The notes under the pieces: model-generated
Seen by the model: only the letters and a program-made list of their open reading frames with translations
Database searches by the model: none
Told to the model about the DNA's origin: nothing
Program-made: the position numbers and the translations under genes
NCBI GenBank assembly: GCA_963748215.1
Contig: CAVVHS010000009.1
Span: 288,001-352,000, forward strand
Length of the DNA stretch: 64,000 nt
DNA from: an uncultured Gammaproteobacteria bacterium
Lineage (GTDB): Bacteria; Pseudomonadota; Gammaproteobacteria; UBA9214
Direction of reading: 5' to 3'
Part shown: positions 33,387-45,296 of the stretch, in pieces
How positions within the stretch are numbered: the first letter of the stretch is position 1
Layout of the letters: every line of letters starts with the position of its first letter

Positions 33387-34841
33387 ATGAGTCTGGACTT
33401 CAACACGCTGGATTTGCTGCGTCAGACTCATCCGGCGTGGCGGCTGCTAAATTCACCCCACGCACCACTGGTTGTGAGTTTTCTGCATCGGGCCTTCATC
33501 GATCCCAACGAGAGGGTGATCGCACAGGCAGACCTGGTGGAAAAACTGGAAGATGAGCTGTTTACACTGCGTGAACAGTTGGGTGATGAGATTTTTCCAA
33601 AGGCTGCACTGGAGTATCTGAATGACTGGGCCGGTAATGACAAGGGCTGGTTGCGAAAATTCTACCGCCAGGGTTCGGATGAGCCGTATTTTGACCTGAC
33701 GCCGGCCACAGAAAAGGCCGTCGCCTGGCTTGGTACCCTGACCGAGCGAAACTTTATCGGAACCGAGTCGCGTCTGTTGACGCTGTTCGAATTGCTCAAG
33801 CAGATCAGTACAGGCAGCGAGACCGATCCGCTAGTACGAATTGCCGAGCTGCAGAGGCGCCGTGATGAAATCGATGCCGAGAATGCTCGTGTGCTCGAGG
33901 GTGATATACCACTGCTGGACAACACGGCGCTGAAGGACCGCTTTCAGCAGTTCATGTTGATTTCGAGGGAATTACTCTCTGATTTTCGTCAGGTGGAGCA
34001 TAATTTCCGGTTGCTGGACCGGGGGGTGCGAGAACGGATCGCACTGTGGGAAGGAGGCAAGGGAGAATTGCTGGAGGAAATCCTGGGTGAGCGCGACACC
34101 ATTGCTGATTCTGATCAGGGACGCAGCTTTCGTGCATTCTGGGACTTCCTGATGTCCAGCGCACGACAGGAAGAATTCAGTCATTTGCTGGATCGGGTAT
34201 TGGCCCTGCCGGCGGTTGCCGAACTCAATCCGGATGCCCGTACCCGGCACGCACACTATGATTGGCTTGAGGCCGGTGAACATACCCAACGAACCGTGGC
34301 CCAACTTTCGCAACAGCTGCGCCGTTTTCTCGACGATCAGGCCTGGCTGGAGAATCGTCGCATTATGGAGATACTGAGAAGCATCGAAAGCAAGGCGCTG
34401 AGCGTGCGCGCGAGACCGCCGGATGGTGAGGTTGCAGTGATTCCGGCTATCGGGGTTGATATCGAACTGCCGATGGAACGACCGCTGTATTCACCGGCGC
34501 TGAAGATGCGAATCGCCGATCTCATCCTTGATGCAGAAGAGGCGGAGGTGGATGCCGCAGTGCTTTTTTCCCAGGTCGCTATCGACAAGGCGAAACTGTC
34601 GACGCATATCCGTCGTGCCCTGCAAGAAGTTCCGCAAATTACTCTGCAAGAACTGTGTGCACGATGGCCTCTCCAGCACGGATTGGCTGAACTGGTCGCC
34701 TATCTCGAGTTGTCGTGTGAAGATTTCAGATACACGATTGATGAGGCAGAGCAGGACAGTATCGTTTGGTGGGGCACGAGTCGTGATGGAGTGAAACAAA
34801 AGAAGCAGGCACAGCTTCCGCGGGTGATATTCGTTCGATGA
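33387..34841 (+). CDS. jetA: Wadjet JetA (DUF3375)
   Basis: HPAWRLL, GTESRL, SDQGRSFRAFWDFL, HGLAELVAYL; first of a four-gene overlapping operon. Confidence 0.88.
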   Translation: MSLDFNTLDLLRQTHPAWRLLNSPHAPLVVSFLHRAFIDPNERVIAQADLVEKLEDELFTLREQLGDEIFPKAALEYLNDWAGNDKGWLRKFYRQGSDEPYFDLTPATEKAVAWLGTLTERNFIGTESRLLTLFELLKQISTGSETDPLVRIAELQRRRDEIDAENARVLEGDIPLLDNTALKDRFQQFMLISRELLSDFRQVEHNFRLLDRGVRERIALWEGGKGELLEEILGERDTIADSDQGRSFRAFWDFLMSSARQEEFSHLLDRVLALPAVAELNPDARTRHAHYDWLEAGEHTQRTVAQLSQQLRRFLDDQAWLENRRIMEILRSIESKALSVRARPPDGEVAVIPAIGVDIELPMERPLYSPALKMRIADLILDAEEAEVDAAVLFSQVAIDKAKLSTHIRRALQEVPQITLQELCARWPLQHGLAELVAYLELSCEDFRYTIDEAEQDSIVWWGTSRDGVKQKKQAQLPRVIFVR

Positions 34842-35503
34842 ACAGCGAACAGGAAACCGGGATAACAGGTGCGGCACAGGGCCTGTCATCTCTGGTCATT
34901 CCCTTGCTCAAGGGCGTGATCTATCGCGATGAAGCAACCGCGCGTGGCACCGGCCAATGGAACGCTCTGCTCGATCTGCAGGCACGAGTGCGCGATTATG
35001 TATCCGTGATAGGTTTGGAACTGGTGCTGGACGAGGCCGAAGGTTATGCCTTCCTGCGTGCGCGTGGTCATGAGGATGAAGAGAGTGCGAAAAAATTGCC
35101 ACGCCTGGTGGCACGCCGGTCACTCTCGTTTCCGGTCAGCCTGTTGCTGGCCCTGTTGCGCAAGAAGCTGGCTGAGTTCGATGCAGGTGGTGGCCAGGAC
35201 GTGGAGGCGGGCAGGTTGGTGATGTCACGTGATGACATTGTCGAACTGGTGCGCGTTTTCCTGCCCGACACCAGCAACGAAGTCCGTTTGATGGATCGTG
35301 TGGATGGCGATATCAACAAGGTTGTCGAGCTGGGTTTCCTGCGCCGTATGCAGCCGCAGCCGGGGCAGCAGGCCCCGGAATTCGAGGTGCGCCGCATCCT
35401 GAAGTCCTTCGTCGATGCGCAATGGCTGGCTGAATTCGACGCACGTTTGGCTGCCTATCAGGCGCAACTTAGCGAGCAGGAACCCGATAAACGTGATGTC
35501 TGA
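34838..35503 (+). CDS. jetB: Wadjet JetB (DUF4194)
   Basis: [34 protein letters not shown]. Confidence 0.88.
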   Translation: MNSEQETGITGAAQGLSSLVIPLLKGVIYRDEATARGTGQWNALLDLQARVRDYVSVIGLELVLDEAEGYAFLRARGHEDEESAKKLPRLVARRSLSFPVSLLLALLRKKLAEFDAGGGQDVEAGRLVMSRDDIVELVRVFLPDTSNEVRLMDRVDGDINKVVELGFLRRMQPQPGQQAPEFEVRRILKSFVDAQWLAEFDARLAAYQAQLSEQEPDKRDV

Positions 35504-38500
35504 ATCTCCGCATACACCCGGACTGGATTTTGTTGCCGACGATACCCTGACGGGCTTTCGGCTGCAGCGGCTGGAGGTCTATAACTGGGGTACCTTTGAT
35601 AGACGAGTCTGGATCTTGCAAGCCGACGGCAACAATGCGCTGCTGACGGGTGATATTGGATCTGGCAAATCGACTCTGGTCGATGCCGTCACGACCCTGC
35701 TGGTGCCAGCGCACCGTGTGGCCTACAACAAAGCCGCCGGCGCCGACAGCAGAGAGCGGACGCTCAAGTCCTACGTCCTGGGTTATTACAAGACGGAGCG
35801 TAGTGAAGTCAGTGCCGCGGCAAAGCCCGTTGCCCTGCGTGATAACAGCAACTATTCAGTTATCCTCGGTGTGTTTCATAACGCCGGGTACGATCAGACA
35901 GTGACCCTGGCGCAGGTATTCTGGATCAAAGACGCGCAGGGGCAGCCTGCGCGTTTTTTTGTGGGTGCCGAGCGGGGTCTTGCCATCGCGAGCGACTTTG
36001 CCGGTTTCGGTACAGAGATAGTCTCGTTACGCAAGCGCTTGCGTGGAGAGGATGTTGAAGTGTTCGACAGCTTCCCACCCTACGGTGCCTGGTTCCGGAG
36101 ACGTTTCGGAATCGAAAACGAGCAGGCAATGGAGCTGTTTCATCAGACCGTTTCCATGAAATCCGTGGGCAATCTTACCGAGTTTGTCCGCAACCATATG
36201 CTCGAGCCATTTGATGTGATGCCGCGCATCGCGGCTCTTATCGCACACTTCGATGACCTGAATCGTGCTCACGAGGCGGTTCTCAAGGCCAAGCGACAGA
36301 TTGAGTTGTTGATGCCACTGGTGGCTGATTGCGATCGCCACCTGGAAGTGGCCAGTTCCACAGAAGATCTGCGCGGTTGCCGCGAGGCCTTGCGCATGTA
36401 TTTTGCAGTACTCAAGCTCGAACTCCTGGAGCATAGGATTACCGGACTGGGGGAGGAATGGGCGCGTCAGAACTTGCGCATCCAGGACCTCACGGAACAT
36501 CGGGATGCGCAACGTGCCCGGATTGTTGAGTTTAAACAAAGTATTGCCGACAATGGTGGCGACCGGCTGGAACGTCTCACGGAAGAGATGCGCGTCAAGG
36601 CGAGTGAGCGTGACGTTAGAAAGGCCAAAGCCGATCGCTACGCGGACCTGGTGCGAGCCGCCGGCGGGCATCCAGGTACGGATGCGGCTGCCTTCCAGGG
36701 ACAACACAAGGAATTCCAGCGTCAATTGGAGCTGTCCGCTGCGCGTGAGGCAGAACTGCAGAATGCACTGACCGAACAGACCGTGGAACTCCGTCAGTGC
36801 AAGCAGCAACATGACCAGCTCACGGCTGAGATCGACAGCCTGAAGGCCCGGCGCAGCAATATCCCTGCTGAACAGATCCGAATGCGCGACGCCCTGTGTG
36901 ATGCTCTGAATTTGTATACTGCTGACCTGTCGTTTGCCGGAGAGCTGCTGCAAGTGCGTGAGGATGAGCGGGACTGGGAGGGGGCTGCCGAGCGGTTGTT
37001 ACATAATTTCGGCCTGTCATTGCTGGTACCGGATGCCCATTACCAACGGGTCTCGGAGTGGGTGGATCGTACCCATCTGCGTGGCCGTCTGGTCTACTTC
37101 AGGGTGCGCGCTGGCATCCGTGGTGAGTTGCGGGCGCTGCACACTGATTCTCTGGTGCGCAAGCTTGCGATCAAGCCCGATACACCGTTTTACGAGTGGC
37201 TCGAAAGCGAGCTCGTGCGCCGTTTCGACGTTGCCTGCTGTGCAACCGGTGAGCAGTTCCGGCGTGAGACAAGGGGTATTACCCGGGCGGGCCAGATCAA
37301 GTCACCTGGCGAACGCCACGAAAAGGATGACCGACACCACATCAATGACCGCCGCCGTTATATATTGGGCTGGACCAATACCGGCAAGATTGCCGCCCTG
37401 GAGGCCGAACAGCGGCAACTGGAGATGCGGTTGGGCGAACTGGGGAGTCGCGTCGCGAAGGTGCAGTCCGGGCAGGCCGCCCTCAGCAAGCAGCGAGATC
37501 TGTTGCTGAAACTCGATGAATATCGCGATTACCGGGAGCTGGACTGGTGTTCTCTGGCCGCCGAGGTGGCGCGGCTTGAAGAGGAGAAACGGCAGCTGGA
37601 GAGTGCCTCTGACATGCTCAGGGAACTGACCGGCCAACTGAATGCGCTGGCACAATCATTAACTGCAACCGAGAAACAGCTGGAGGAGCGCCTGGCCGGG
37701 CGGGCCAGAACCGAGCAGAAACAGGAGGACGCCGCTGCCCTGCAGGTGCAGACCCGGACATTGCTTGCAGAACCGGTGGTTCAGGCCCATGAGGTTCGAT
37801 TCACGGCCTTGGATAAACTGCGTGCCGAGGCCCTGGGGGAGCATCGATTGACCGTGGAGTCCTGCGACAACCGCGAGCGTGACATGCGCGAATGGCTGCA
37901 GGCTCGAATCGACGCAGATGAATCACGTCTTAAACGGCTGGGTGAGAAGATTATTCGCACAATGACCGAATACAAGGAGGCCTTCCGGCTGGAAACGGCG
38001 GAGGTGGATGCCAGTATCGAGGCGGCACATGAGTACAGCGCAATGCTGGTTGCACTACAGGCTGATGATCTGCCGCGTTTCGAGGCGCGCTTCAAGGATC
38101 TGCTTAACGAGAACACCATCCGCGAGGTGGCCAACTTCCAGTCGCAACTCGCCCGCGAACGCGAGGAAATCAAGGAGCGCATCACGCGCATCAACGAATC
38201 GCTGGCGCAGATTGACTACAACCCGGCACGCTACATAAAAATCGAACCCCGGCCGAGTACAGATGCCGAGATTCGAGACTTCCAAAACGAGTTGCGCGCC
38301 TGTACCGAAGGTGCGCTAACCGGTTCCGAAGATGCGCAGTATTCAGAAGCCAAGTTTTTACAGGTCAAGCATATCATCGAGCGTTTTCGCGGGCGTGAGG
38401 GCCAGACTGAGTCTGATCGCCGCTGGACTGCCAAGGTGACTGATGTACGCAATGGCTTTACATTCGCTGCCAGCGAGCGCTGGCGCGAGGATGATAGCGA

Positions 38501-38873
38501 GCACGAACACTATTCCGACTCGGGCGGGAAGTCAGGTGGTCAGAAGGAGAAGCTCGCCTACACCATCCTGGCCGCCAGTCTGGCCTATCAATTTGGGCTG
38601 GAATGGGGAGCAGTGCGCTCGCGATCGTTCCGCTTCGTGGTGATTGATGAGGCATTCGGGCGTGGCTCGGATGAGTCCGCGCAATACGGCCTACGGCTGT
38701 TCGCGAAACTCAATCTGCAACTGTTGATCGTCACACCCCTGCAGAAAATCCACATCATAGAGCCCTTCGTTAACAGTGTCGGTTTTGTCCACAACGAGGA
38801 CGGCCGAGCCTCCATGCTACGCAATCTCACCATCGAGGAGTACCGGGAGGAGAGAGCGAGGGCTGTCCAGTGA
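35496..38873 (+). CDS. jetC: Wadjet JetC, SMC-like ATPase
   Basis: YNWGTFD, Walker A GDIGSGKS, long coiled coils, KSGGQKEK signature, VVIDEAF. Confidence 0.92.
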   Translation: MSESPHTPGLDFVADDTLTGFRLQRLEVYNWGTFDRRVWILQADGNNALLTGDIGSGKSTLVDAVTTLLVPAHRVAYNKAAGADSRERTLKSYVLGYYKTERSEVSAAAKPVALRDNSNYSVILGVFHNAGYDQTVTLAQVFWIKDAQGQPARFFVGAERGLAIASDFAGFGTEIVSLRKRLRGEDVEVFDSFPPYGAWFRRRFGIENEQAMELFHQTVSMKSVGNLTEFVRNHMLEPFDVMPRIAALIAHFDDLNRAHEAVLKAKRQIELLMPLVADCDRHLEVASSTEDLRGCREALRMYFAVLKLELLEHRITGLGEEWARQNLRIQDLTEHRDAQRARIVEFKQSIADNGGDRLERLTEEMRVKASERDVRKAKADRYADLVRAAGGHPGTDAAAFQGQHKEFQRQLELSAAREAELQNALTEQTVELRQCKQQHDQLTAEIDSLKARRSNIPAEQIRMRDALCDALNLYTADLSFAGELLQVREDERDWEGAAERLLHNFGLSLLVPDAHYQRVSEWVDRTHLRGRLVYFRVRAGIRGELRALHTDSLVRKLAIKPDTPFYEWLESELVRRFDVACCATGEQFRRETRGITRAGQIKSPGERHEKDDRHHINDRRRYILGWTNTGKIAALEAEQRQLEMRLGELGSRVAKVQSGQAALSKQRDLLLKLDEYRDYRELDWCSLAAEVARLEEEKRQLESASDMLRELTGQLNALAQSLTATEKQLEERLAGRARTEQKQEDAAALQVQTRTLLAEPVVQAHEVRFTALDKLRAEALGEHRLTVESCDNRERDMREWLQARIDADESRLKRLGEKIIRTMTEYKEAFRLETAEVDASIEAAHEYSAMLVALQADDLPRFEARFKDLLNENTIREVANFQSQLAREREEIKERITRINESLAQIDYNPARYIKIEPRPSTDAEIRDFQNELRACTEGALTGSEDAQYSEAKFLQVKHIIERFRGREGQTESDRRWTAKVTDVRNGFTFAASERWREDDSEHEHYSDSGGKSGGQKEKLAYTILAASLAYQFGLEWGAVRSRSFRFVVIDEAFGRGSDESAQYGLRLFAKLNLQLLIVTPLQKIHIIEPFVNSVGFVHNEDGRASMLRNLTIEEYREERARAVQ

Positions 38874-40078
38874 ACTGGACCGGTCCCCGTGAACTGCATG
38901 TGCAATTACTGCGCTGTTGGAATCGCGGTGATCTGCTGACCGGAATGGTTTCCGGTGAATCAATATTCCCCCAACGATTGACATTGAAAGCACCCACATC
39001 CGCACAGATGACGGATGACTTCGACAAGGTGCGCGACTGGATCGCCGCCTTACGCTCACTGCCACACTACCGGATCGAGATGCGCGAGGTGCGTCATCGG
39101 GTACTCGGCGCAAACGAGGTGCCGGCGGCAGTCTGGGTGGATACTCTCGACGATGCCCTGGCCATATTGGGTAAATCCCGTGAGGCCAAACGTTTCGCGA
39201 GTATGGTCGAGCGTACTCGACTGCGGCAACCTCTGCTGCTCGAATGGCTTGCCTGCAAGCCGCTCAAGGCGCACGAGTTGGCTGAGGTCTGGGATCGGCT
39301 CCTGGATGTAACCGAGTGGGTCCAGCAGCACCCTCGTCCGGGCATATACCTGCGACAGATTGATATCCCCGGAGCCCATAGCAAATTCATCGAGGCACAC
39401 AGGGGCGTTCTGCTCCAGTGGCTGGACCGGCTCTTGCCGCCTGAGGCTGTCAATAACAGTGCCACTGGCGTCTCCGGGTTTGCCAGCCGGTACGGATTTC
39501 GTGACAAGTCCCAGCGTATTCGTCTGCGTGCGCTAGATCCCGAGCATGCACTATTACCGCGGTCGGTGAATGCGGACATTACTCTGGATGCTGAAAGCTT
39601 TGACTCCCTGTCGCCTGCAGTTTCACGGGTATTTATCACGGAGAATGAGATCAATTATCTGGCTTTCCCGCCGGTGCCAGACAGCCTGCTGATATTCGGC
39701 GCCGGTTACGGTTTTGAGGTGCTGGCACAAGCTGCATGGTTGGCTAGCTGCCAGGTGTATTACTGGGGTGACATTGATACACACGGTTTCGCGATACTGG
39801 ATCAGCTGCGCGCATATCTGCCCCATGCGCATTCCCTTTTAATGGACCGTGATACGCTACTGGCCTTCAAGGCCCAATGTGGCAGGGAGGAAAAACAGAC
39901 GCTTCGGGACTTGTCTCGCCTGAATACTGAGGAGCGCGCACTGTACGATGACCTGAGAGACAACCGTCTGGGCAAGAATTTGCGCCTGGAGCAGGAACGC
40001 ATCGGATTCGGCTGGGTCGAGAATGCACTGGCTTTATTGCTGTCTCGCAAGCAGATTTCCAGCATGGAAAATGGTTGA
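38870..40078 (+). CDS. jetD: Wadjet JetD Toprim nuclease (DUF3322/DUF2220)
   Basis: [38 protein letters not shown]. Confidence 0.9.
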   Translation: MNWTGPRELHVQLLRCWNRGDLLTGMVSGESIFPQRLTLKAPTSAQMTDDFDKVRDWIAALRSLPHYRIEMREVRHRVLGANEVPAAVWVDTLDDALAILGKSREAKRFASMVERTRLRQPLLLEWLACKPLKAHELAEVWDRLLDVTEWVQQHPRPGIYLRQIDIPGAHSKFIEAHRGVLLQWLDRLLPPEAVNNSATGVSGFASRYGFRDKSQRIRLRALDPEHALLPRSVNADITLDAESFDSLSPAVSRVFITENEINYLAFPPVPDSLLIFGAGYGFEVLAQAAWLASCQVYYWGDIDTHGFAILDQLRAYLPHAHSLLMDRDTLLAFKAQCGREEKQTLRDLSRLNTEERALYDDLRDNRLGKNLRLEQERIGFGWVENALALLLSRKQISSMENG

Positions 40079-40149
40079 GGGTACAGGAGGAAGAGCTGGC
40101 CCTGCGCGGACCTTCCAGCATTTTGTCTGTATTGCTGTCGCCATTCCTC

Positions 40150-40455
40150 TGTGGGAGTTTTGCGGGACTCGGTTATGCATCGTCCTGCATCGTGGTGCAC
40201 AGATCGCAACGGGCGCTACGGTAAGTTGTTGAATAAAAAGGCTGAAAAATCGCCTTTCTGTACTTTTAATCTGATGGTCGTTGGTTCGAGCCGAGGACGA
40301 CGCAGTCGGCCGAGACAACAGCGTCGCATCAGCGACGCTGACCCCGAAGGGGCGAGGGCGCAGCCCGAGTAATCCAACACGACCCACCATTAAATCAATC
40401 ACTTAATTCCGATTTTTCATCCCGGTAAAAATTGATTGCGGGGATTTTGCGGGGA
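40150..40455 (+). repeat. Island junction 2: tRNA-Lys 3' half (40262-40389) with 82-nt insertion (40290-40371) and flanking arm repeats
   Basis: Same architecture as junction 1; insert identical. Confidence 0.93.
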
Positions 40456-40586
40456 TTAACCGCAAATCTTCTCCATTAACATAATCTCGCCCGTAGTAAA
40501 TTCAATTGCTTGCGCGTCAGCAACCGATTCGAACTGTCGTTTCCTGGACCAAAAAATCCGCTGCTCGTAATCGTGTAAGGGTTCAT

Positions 40587-40604
40587 GGGGACAGATCACG
40601 TTTT
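40587..40604 (+). repeat. Solo copy of the Y1-element inverted repeat
   Basis: GGGGACAGATCACGTTTT, one mismatch to GGGGACAGACCACGTTTT. Confidence 0.75.
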
Positions 40605-40816
40605 TTCCGCTTTCGTTCCAGTCGCGAACTGCATACGGCCCAAGAATGTATCGGGCCCCTTGTTACTTGAGCGGCATGATATGGCCAGAATGACTCGTGC
40701 TGGCGTGCAATGATCATTCACTGGGTCACGACCTGCGAGCAGGGCGATGAGATGTCGATGAACGCTGGCTGTGCGGGTAGTTGTAACACGCAGATACCCT
40801 GGAGGGCGGAGAGGAC

Positions 40817-41585
40817 ATGATGATGTCAATATGTTTCATGCCAGTTTCTTGCAGAACGGCCATGGTGTTGTTCGCATTGCTTGTGTTTGTGACGGGTTAT
40901 GCGTCGGCAGCTGACAAGACACTGAAGATTGACCCGCGGCATGTGGAAGGGGTGCAGGACATGCGTTCTGAAGTCAGGTCCTTGCTGGAAGATCTGGGTT
41001 TCGAATGGCAGCCCATAGCTGATCCCACCACAGGGCAGCCAGTGCAGGTGGCCGAACAACACGGTCAGTACAGAATGTTGTCCAGTGCTGCAGACAATGC
41101 CTCTGTACAGATCGATGTGCACATTCGGATATCCGACAAGGTGACAGGCCTGCATTTCCAGGAACTGGGCGCAGACTCGCCCGGTGACGCTGCAATGGAC
41201 TATTTCCGCAAGATCTAGGAACGGCTCATACTGGAATTCGGCGCAACTACGGCAATGAATCTCAACCTTGACGCTGGTATCCTGTACGTGGACGAGAACT
41301 TCGATGTGGCCCCGGATTATGACTACCGGGCACTCGGCTGGATGTTCAGTTTCGACCGCTTCCTGGCGCCCGACCGCGTGCAGTTCTACCACCGGGATAA
41401 CGGCCTGCTGGACGTCAGCGACAGTGACAACCTCACCATCAATTCCTGGACTGGCTTCCGCTTCCCGCTCTACAGGGGCATCGTTGCCAGCACCGAGGCC
41501 GAAAATTGAGTACGACGGCGGGGCACCGGATAATGTCGACAAGACCGACACAACCTACCGGATCAAGCTGGGTTACCAGTGGTAA
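40817..41585 (+). pseudogene. Disrupted exported protein joined to the C-terminal part of a DUF481/YdiY-like outer-membrane barrel
   Basis: Signal peptide ORF stops at TAG 41218 but the frame continues into ORF 41255; a frameshift near 41505 leads to ...YRIKLGYQW. Confidence 0.55.
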
Positions 41586-41610
41586 CCGCTGATACAACGG
41601 GGCAAGGGGC

Positions 41611-44600
41611 ATGAAGACAGTCAGCTGCGCGCTATGGTTTATATTGATCCTTGCCCCGTTCCTGCCGGTAACCCCGGCCTGGCCGGCTGATACAACATCC
41701 GCCATTGTTACCGCCGACAAGCTGAATGCCAGGCTCAAGGAAGTCGAGGCGGCAACGTCCCTGGATGAGGCGAGCAGGGACACTCTGACTGGATTACTCA
41801 ACAATGCACTGGGCAACCTGGAGACGATCCGTGCCAACAAGGCCACCACGGAGACCTATATCCAGGCTGTGAAAACTGCACGGCAACAGGCCAGTGAGAT
41901 CCGTGCGCGGCTGGACAAGGACATCCAGGCCGATCGAGAGGTGACGGTCACTGCCACGGAAGCCTCTCCTTTCGAGGAGATTGAGCAGGAACTGTTGCAG
42001 GAAAAGGCCAATCTTGCGGCCGTGCAGGCCAAGCTTTCTGACCTTGAGTCGCAGCTGGAAGCGTCTAAAGCCCGGCCGTCAATTGCACAGCAACAGCTGC
42101 TTGCTGCGGAGCGGGAAATAGAAGAGATTGAATCAACACGCAAGTCGCCGGTGGCCGAGGATGAACTGCCCTGGGCAACGGAGGCACGTCAGTGGGCGCA
42201 GACCACCCGGGTCGCTGCACTGCGCAGCAAGAATGTCATGCTTGACCAGGAGCTGCTGAGCATGCCGATGCGGATCGCGTTGCTCGAGGCGCAGCGCGAC
42301 CGGAGCCGCTACACGGTTGAGCGGGTTGCCGTCAGGGTCAAACGGCTGGCTGCATTGGCAAGTCGCCAGTTGGGAACGGAGGCGGAGCAGGCAGGGGCCG
42401 CAGCCAGGCAGGCAGTCCTGGATGCCGCCGGAAAACATCCGCTGGTTCAGGATCTGGCTGAACAGAACGCTGCCCTGTCCGATGAAATCAGTACCCTGGC
42501 GACGGAACTCAAGCAACACGGTTCCAGTAACGAGACACTCACGGAGGAGTCGGAACGTATCGAGGAAAACTTCCGCACTGCCAGGGAAAAGCTCGAGGTG
42601 GCAGGGTTGACCGACGTGCTGGGCCAGGTACTGCGGCAGCAACAGCGGGCATTACCGGACCAGCGCATGCTCGAAAAGAGAATCAGGGAACTCGAACAGG
42701 ATAATGCCCGGTCCACACTGCGCCAGATCCAGTACGCTGCCGAATACAAGGGCCTGCGCAGCATCAAGGACTATGTCAGGGAGCGTACTGCCGGACTCGA
42801 GGCGGCCGAGGCTGAACAGGCGGGTGCGGATATGACGGAACTCGCCAGCGCCCGGCGCGTGTTGCTCGAAAACGCGATCAGCCTCGGCAAGTCCACTTCG
42901 AGGACACTGACGGAGCTTGAAACGGGTAACCGCCGCCTGCTCGAGACGACGGCGGATTTCGACAACCTGCTTGCAGAAAAACTGCTCTGGATCCGCAGTA
43001 ACCCGCGGCCGGACCTGGCGACCCTGCAGGCCATTCCCGTGCAGGTTGTCGGGCTGGTGTCCCCGGCAAGCTGGCTTGGCGTCTACAGAACACTCGCTGA
43101 CCGTGTGGTGCGCTCGCCAGTGTTCGTGCTGTTGCTTGGCCTGGTCGGGATCCTGCTCTTCAGGGTGCGCCGGTTACTGGCGTTGCTCAGGGAGACGGGC
43201 AATACGATCGGCAAACCGTCGCGGGATAAATTCTCGTTCACGTTCAAGGCACTCGGCCTGACCCTGTTGCTGGCAGTGCCCTTGCCATTACTGCTGGCTG
43301 TAACAGGCTGGGAACTCGGATCGGTAGCGGAGGCGACGCAATTTTCCAGGGCGGTTTCTGAGGCACTGTTTCAGGTTGCACCCACATTCCTGTACCTGCA
43401 GTTTTTCAGAATGTTGTGTGTCCATGGTGGTGTTGCCGAACGGCATTTTCGCTGGCCTGAATCGATGACTAAACAACTGCGGCGTGGATTCAGATGGTTG
43501 ATGGCAGTTCTTCTGCCGGCCATTTTTATTCTCGTGCTGCTCTTAAATGATAAAGAGCAGCAAGTTTTTCATGCCGGGCTGGAGCGCCTCGTCATGGCCG
43601 TGGCGCTGGTTGCGTTGGCGGTATTTTTCTACCGCTTGACCGGGTTGCTGGTCGAACACTCAATCGGACCCGTGATGCGCCTGCGCTACCTGTGGGTGAC
43701 GCTGACCGTGGGCACCCCCCTGGTGCTGGCTGGACTGGCGCTCGATGGGTTTCTGTATACGGCCGGCACGCTGGGGCGCAGCCTGGTAGAAACCCTGTGG
43801 TTTGTCTTCGGTCTGGTTGTGCTGCACCAGGTGGTGGTGCGCTGGCTGTTGCTGGCACAGCGGCGGCTGGCTCTGCAGGCCAGACACAAGCGCATGCGTG
43901 CCGCGCAGGATGAGAAAGCGCCGGTCGACTCCGGGATGGAGGGTATGCCGGCCATGGCAGATGAACCGGAAATCGACCTGGTCGTGATGAGCGAGGAAAG
44001 CCGCAAGCTGCTCAATATGCTGCTGGTGATTATCGGTGTTGTCGGTTTCTGGCAGATCTGGTCCGAAGTCCTGCCGGCATTCAGGGTGCTTGACGAGATT
44101 GTGCTCTGGCACCACACGGTGGTGGTCGCCGGTGAGGAGACCTTTGCCCCGGTGTCGCTGGCAGATTTCGGGTTGGCCCTCCTGATTGCCATCGTGACCT
44201 ACGTCGCGATGAAACGCCTGCCGGCAGTGCTGGAAATCGTGCTGTTGCAGCGCGTCAACATGACTTCGGGTGCGCGCTACACCGTCACCACGCTCTACAC
44301 TTATTTAATCGTGGGCATTGGCCTGCTGGCCTTTTTCAATGTCATTGGTGCCGACTGGTCGAAGCTGCAGTGGCTGTTCGCGGCCCTGGGCGTGGGCATC
44401 GGTTTCGGCCTGCAGGAAATCGTGGCCAATTTCATCAGCGGCCTGATTATCCTGTTCGAACGCCCCATCAGGATCGGGGATGTGGTCACCGTCGGTGATA
44501 CCAACGGCGTGGTCACCCGTATCCAGATCCGTGCGACCACGATACGCACCTGGGACCGGCAGGAACTGCTGGTGCCCAACAAGGAATTCATTACCGGGCG

Positions 44601-44982
44601 ACTGCTCAACTGGTCGCTGTCGGACCAGACGACCCGCATCAAGGTTGCTGTGGGTGTGGCATATGGCAGTGATGTGTCACGGGCCATGGCGTTGATGTAC
44701 GAGGCCGCGCTGGAAAATGAACACGTGCTTGCCGAGCCTGCACCGTCAATCATATTCGTGGCCTTCGGCGACAACTCGCTCAACCTGGTATTGCGCTGCT
44801 TCGTCGGTACGCAGGATATCCGCATGACCGCGCTCACGCAGCTGCACGAGGCGATCAACAGGAAGTTCAACGACGCCGGAATCTGTATCGCGTTTCCACA
44901 GCGCGATGTGCACCTGGATGCCTCGCAGCCGCTGGAGGTGCGTATCCGCCATGATGATGCTGCGGGAGAGGCCGCTTCCTGA
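41611..44982 (+). CDS. MscK/KefA-like mechanosensitive channel
   Basis: Signal peptide, long periplasmic coiled coil, TM region, WSKLQWLFAALGVGIGFGLQEIVANFISGLIILFERPIRIGD, IAFPQRDVHL. Confidence 0.92.
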   Translation: MKTVSCALWFILILAPFLPVTPAWPADTTSAIVTADKLNARLKEVEAATSLDEASRDTLTGLLNNALGNLETIRANKATTETYIQAVKTARQQASEIRARLDKDIQADREVTVTATEASPFEEIEQELLQEKANLAAVQAKLSDLESQLEASKARPSIAQQQLLAAEREIEEIESTRKSPVAEDELPWATEARQWAQTTRVAALRSKNVMLDQELLSMPMRIALLEAQRDRSRYTVERVAVRVKRLAALASRQLGTEAEQAGAAARQAVLDAAGKHPLVQDLAEQNAALSDEISTLATELKQHGSSNETLTEESERIEENFRTAREKLEVAGLTDVLGQVLRQQQRALPDQRMLEKRIRELEQDNARSTLRQIQYAAEYKGLRSIKDYVRERTAGLEAAEAEQAGADMTELASARRVLLENAISLGKSTSRTLTELETGNRRLLETTADFDNLLAEKLLWIRSNPRPDLATLQAIPVQVVGLVSPASWLGVYRTLADRVVRSPVFVLLLGLVGILLFRVRRLLALLRETGNTIGKPSRDKFSFTFKALGLTLLLAVPLPLLLAVTGWELGSVAEATQFSRAVSEALFQVAPTFLYLQFFRMLCVHGGVAERHFRWPESMTKQLRRGFRWLMAVLLPAIFILVLLLNDKEQQVFHAGLERLVMAVALVALAVFFYRLTGLLVEHSIGPVMRLRYLWVTLTVGTPLVLAGLALDGFLYTAGTLGRSLVETLWFVFGLVVLHQVVVRWLLLAQRRLALQARHKRMRAAQDEKAPVDSGMEGMPAMADEPEIDLVVMSEESRKLLNMLLVIIGVVGFWQIWSEVLPAFRVLDEIVLWHHTVVVAGEETFAPVSLADFGLALLIAIVTYVAMKRLPAVLEIVLLQRVNMTSGARYTVTTLYTYLIVGIGLLAFFNVIGADWSKLQWLFAALGVGIGFGLQEIVANFISGLIILFERPIRIGDVVTVGDTNGVVTRIQIRATTIRTWDRQELLVPNKEFITGRLLNWSLSDQTTRIKVAVGVAYGSDVSRAMALMYEAALENEHVLAEPAPSIIFVAFGDNSLNLVLRCFVGTQDIRMTALTQLHEAINRKFNDAGICIAFPQRDVHLDASQPLEVRIRHDDAAGEAAS

Positions 44983-45050
44983 CGCATCGTTCGTCGCAGT
45001 GAAAAATGAATTCATCCCGCCTTCGCGACACGGTCAGGATGTCCGGTACT

Positions 45051-45185
45051 CAGGGAACCTCTGATCTGTCGTCATTCCGGCCGGAGCGCAGCGGAGTACC
45101 GGAAACCGGTTCATATAATTAATCCGGTTACTGGATCCCGGCCTTCGCCGGGATGACGGGATAATAATGATTCAGAGCTTCTCTC
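45051..45185. mobile_element. MITE/REP-like palindromic element (family of 20810-20927)
   Basis: CAGGGAACCTCTGA...GTCATTCCGG...CTGGATCCCGGCCTTCGCCGGGATGAC...TCAGAGCTTCTCT. Confidence 0.7.
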
Positions 45186-45296
45186 GCTAAATCGGGGCTA
45201 CGCGGATGCCGGTTAGCCGATCTTCCCGATGCTGGCCTGCGCGATCTGATATTGGCGTTAAATGGCCAGATAAGCTCCCGCGAACAGCCTAAAGAC

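Larger units (their letters stand above)
29896..40263. mobile_element. tRNA-Lys island 2 (~10.4 kb defence island, no recognisable integrase)
   Basis: Bounded by tRNA-Lys 3'-half repeats. Confidence 0.85.
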
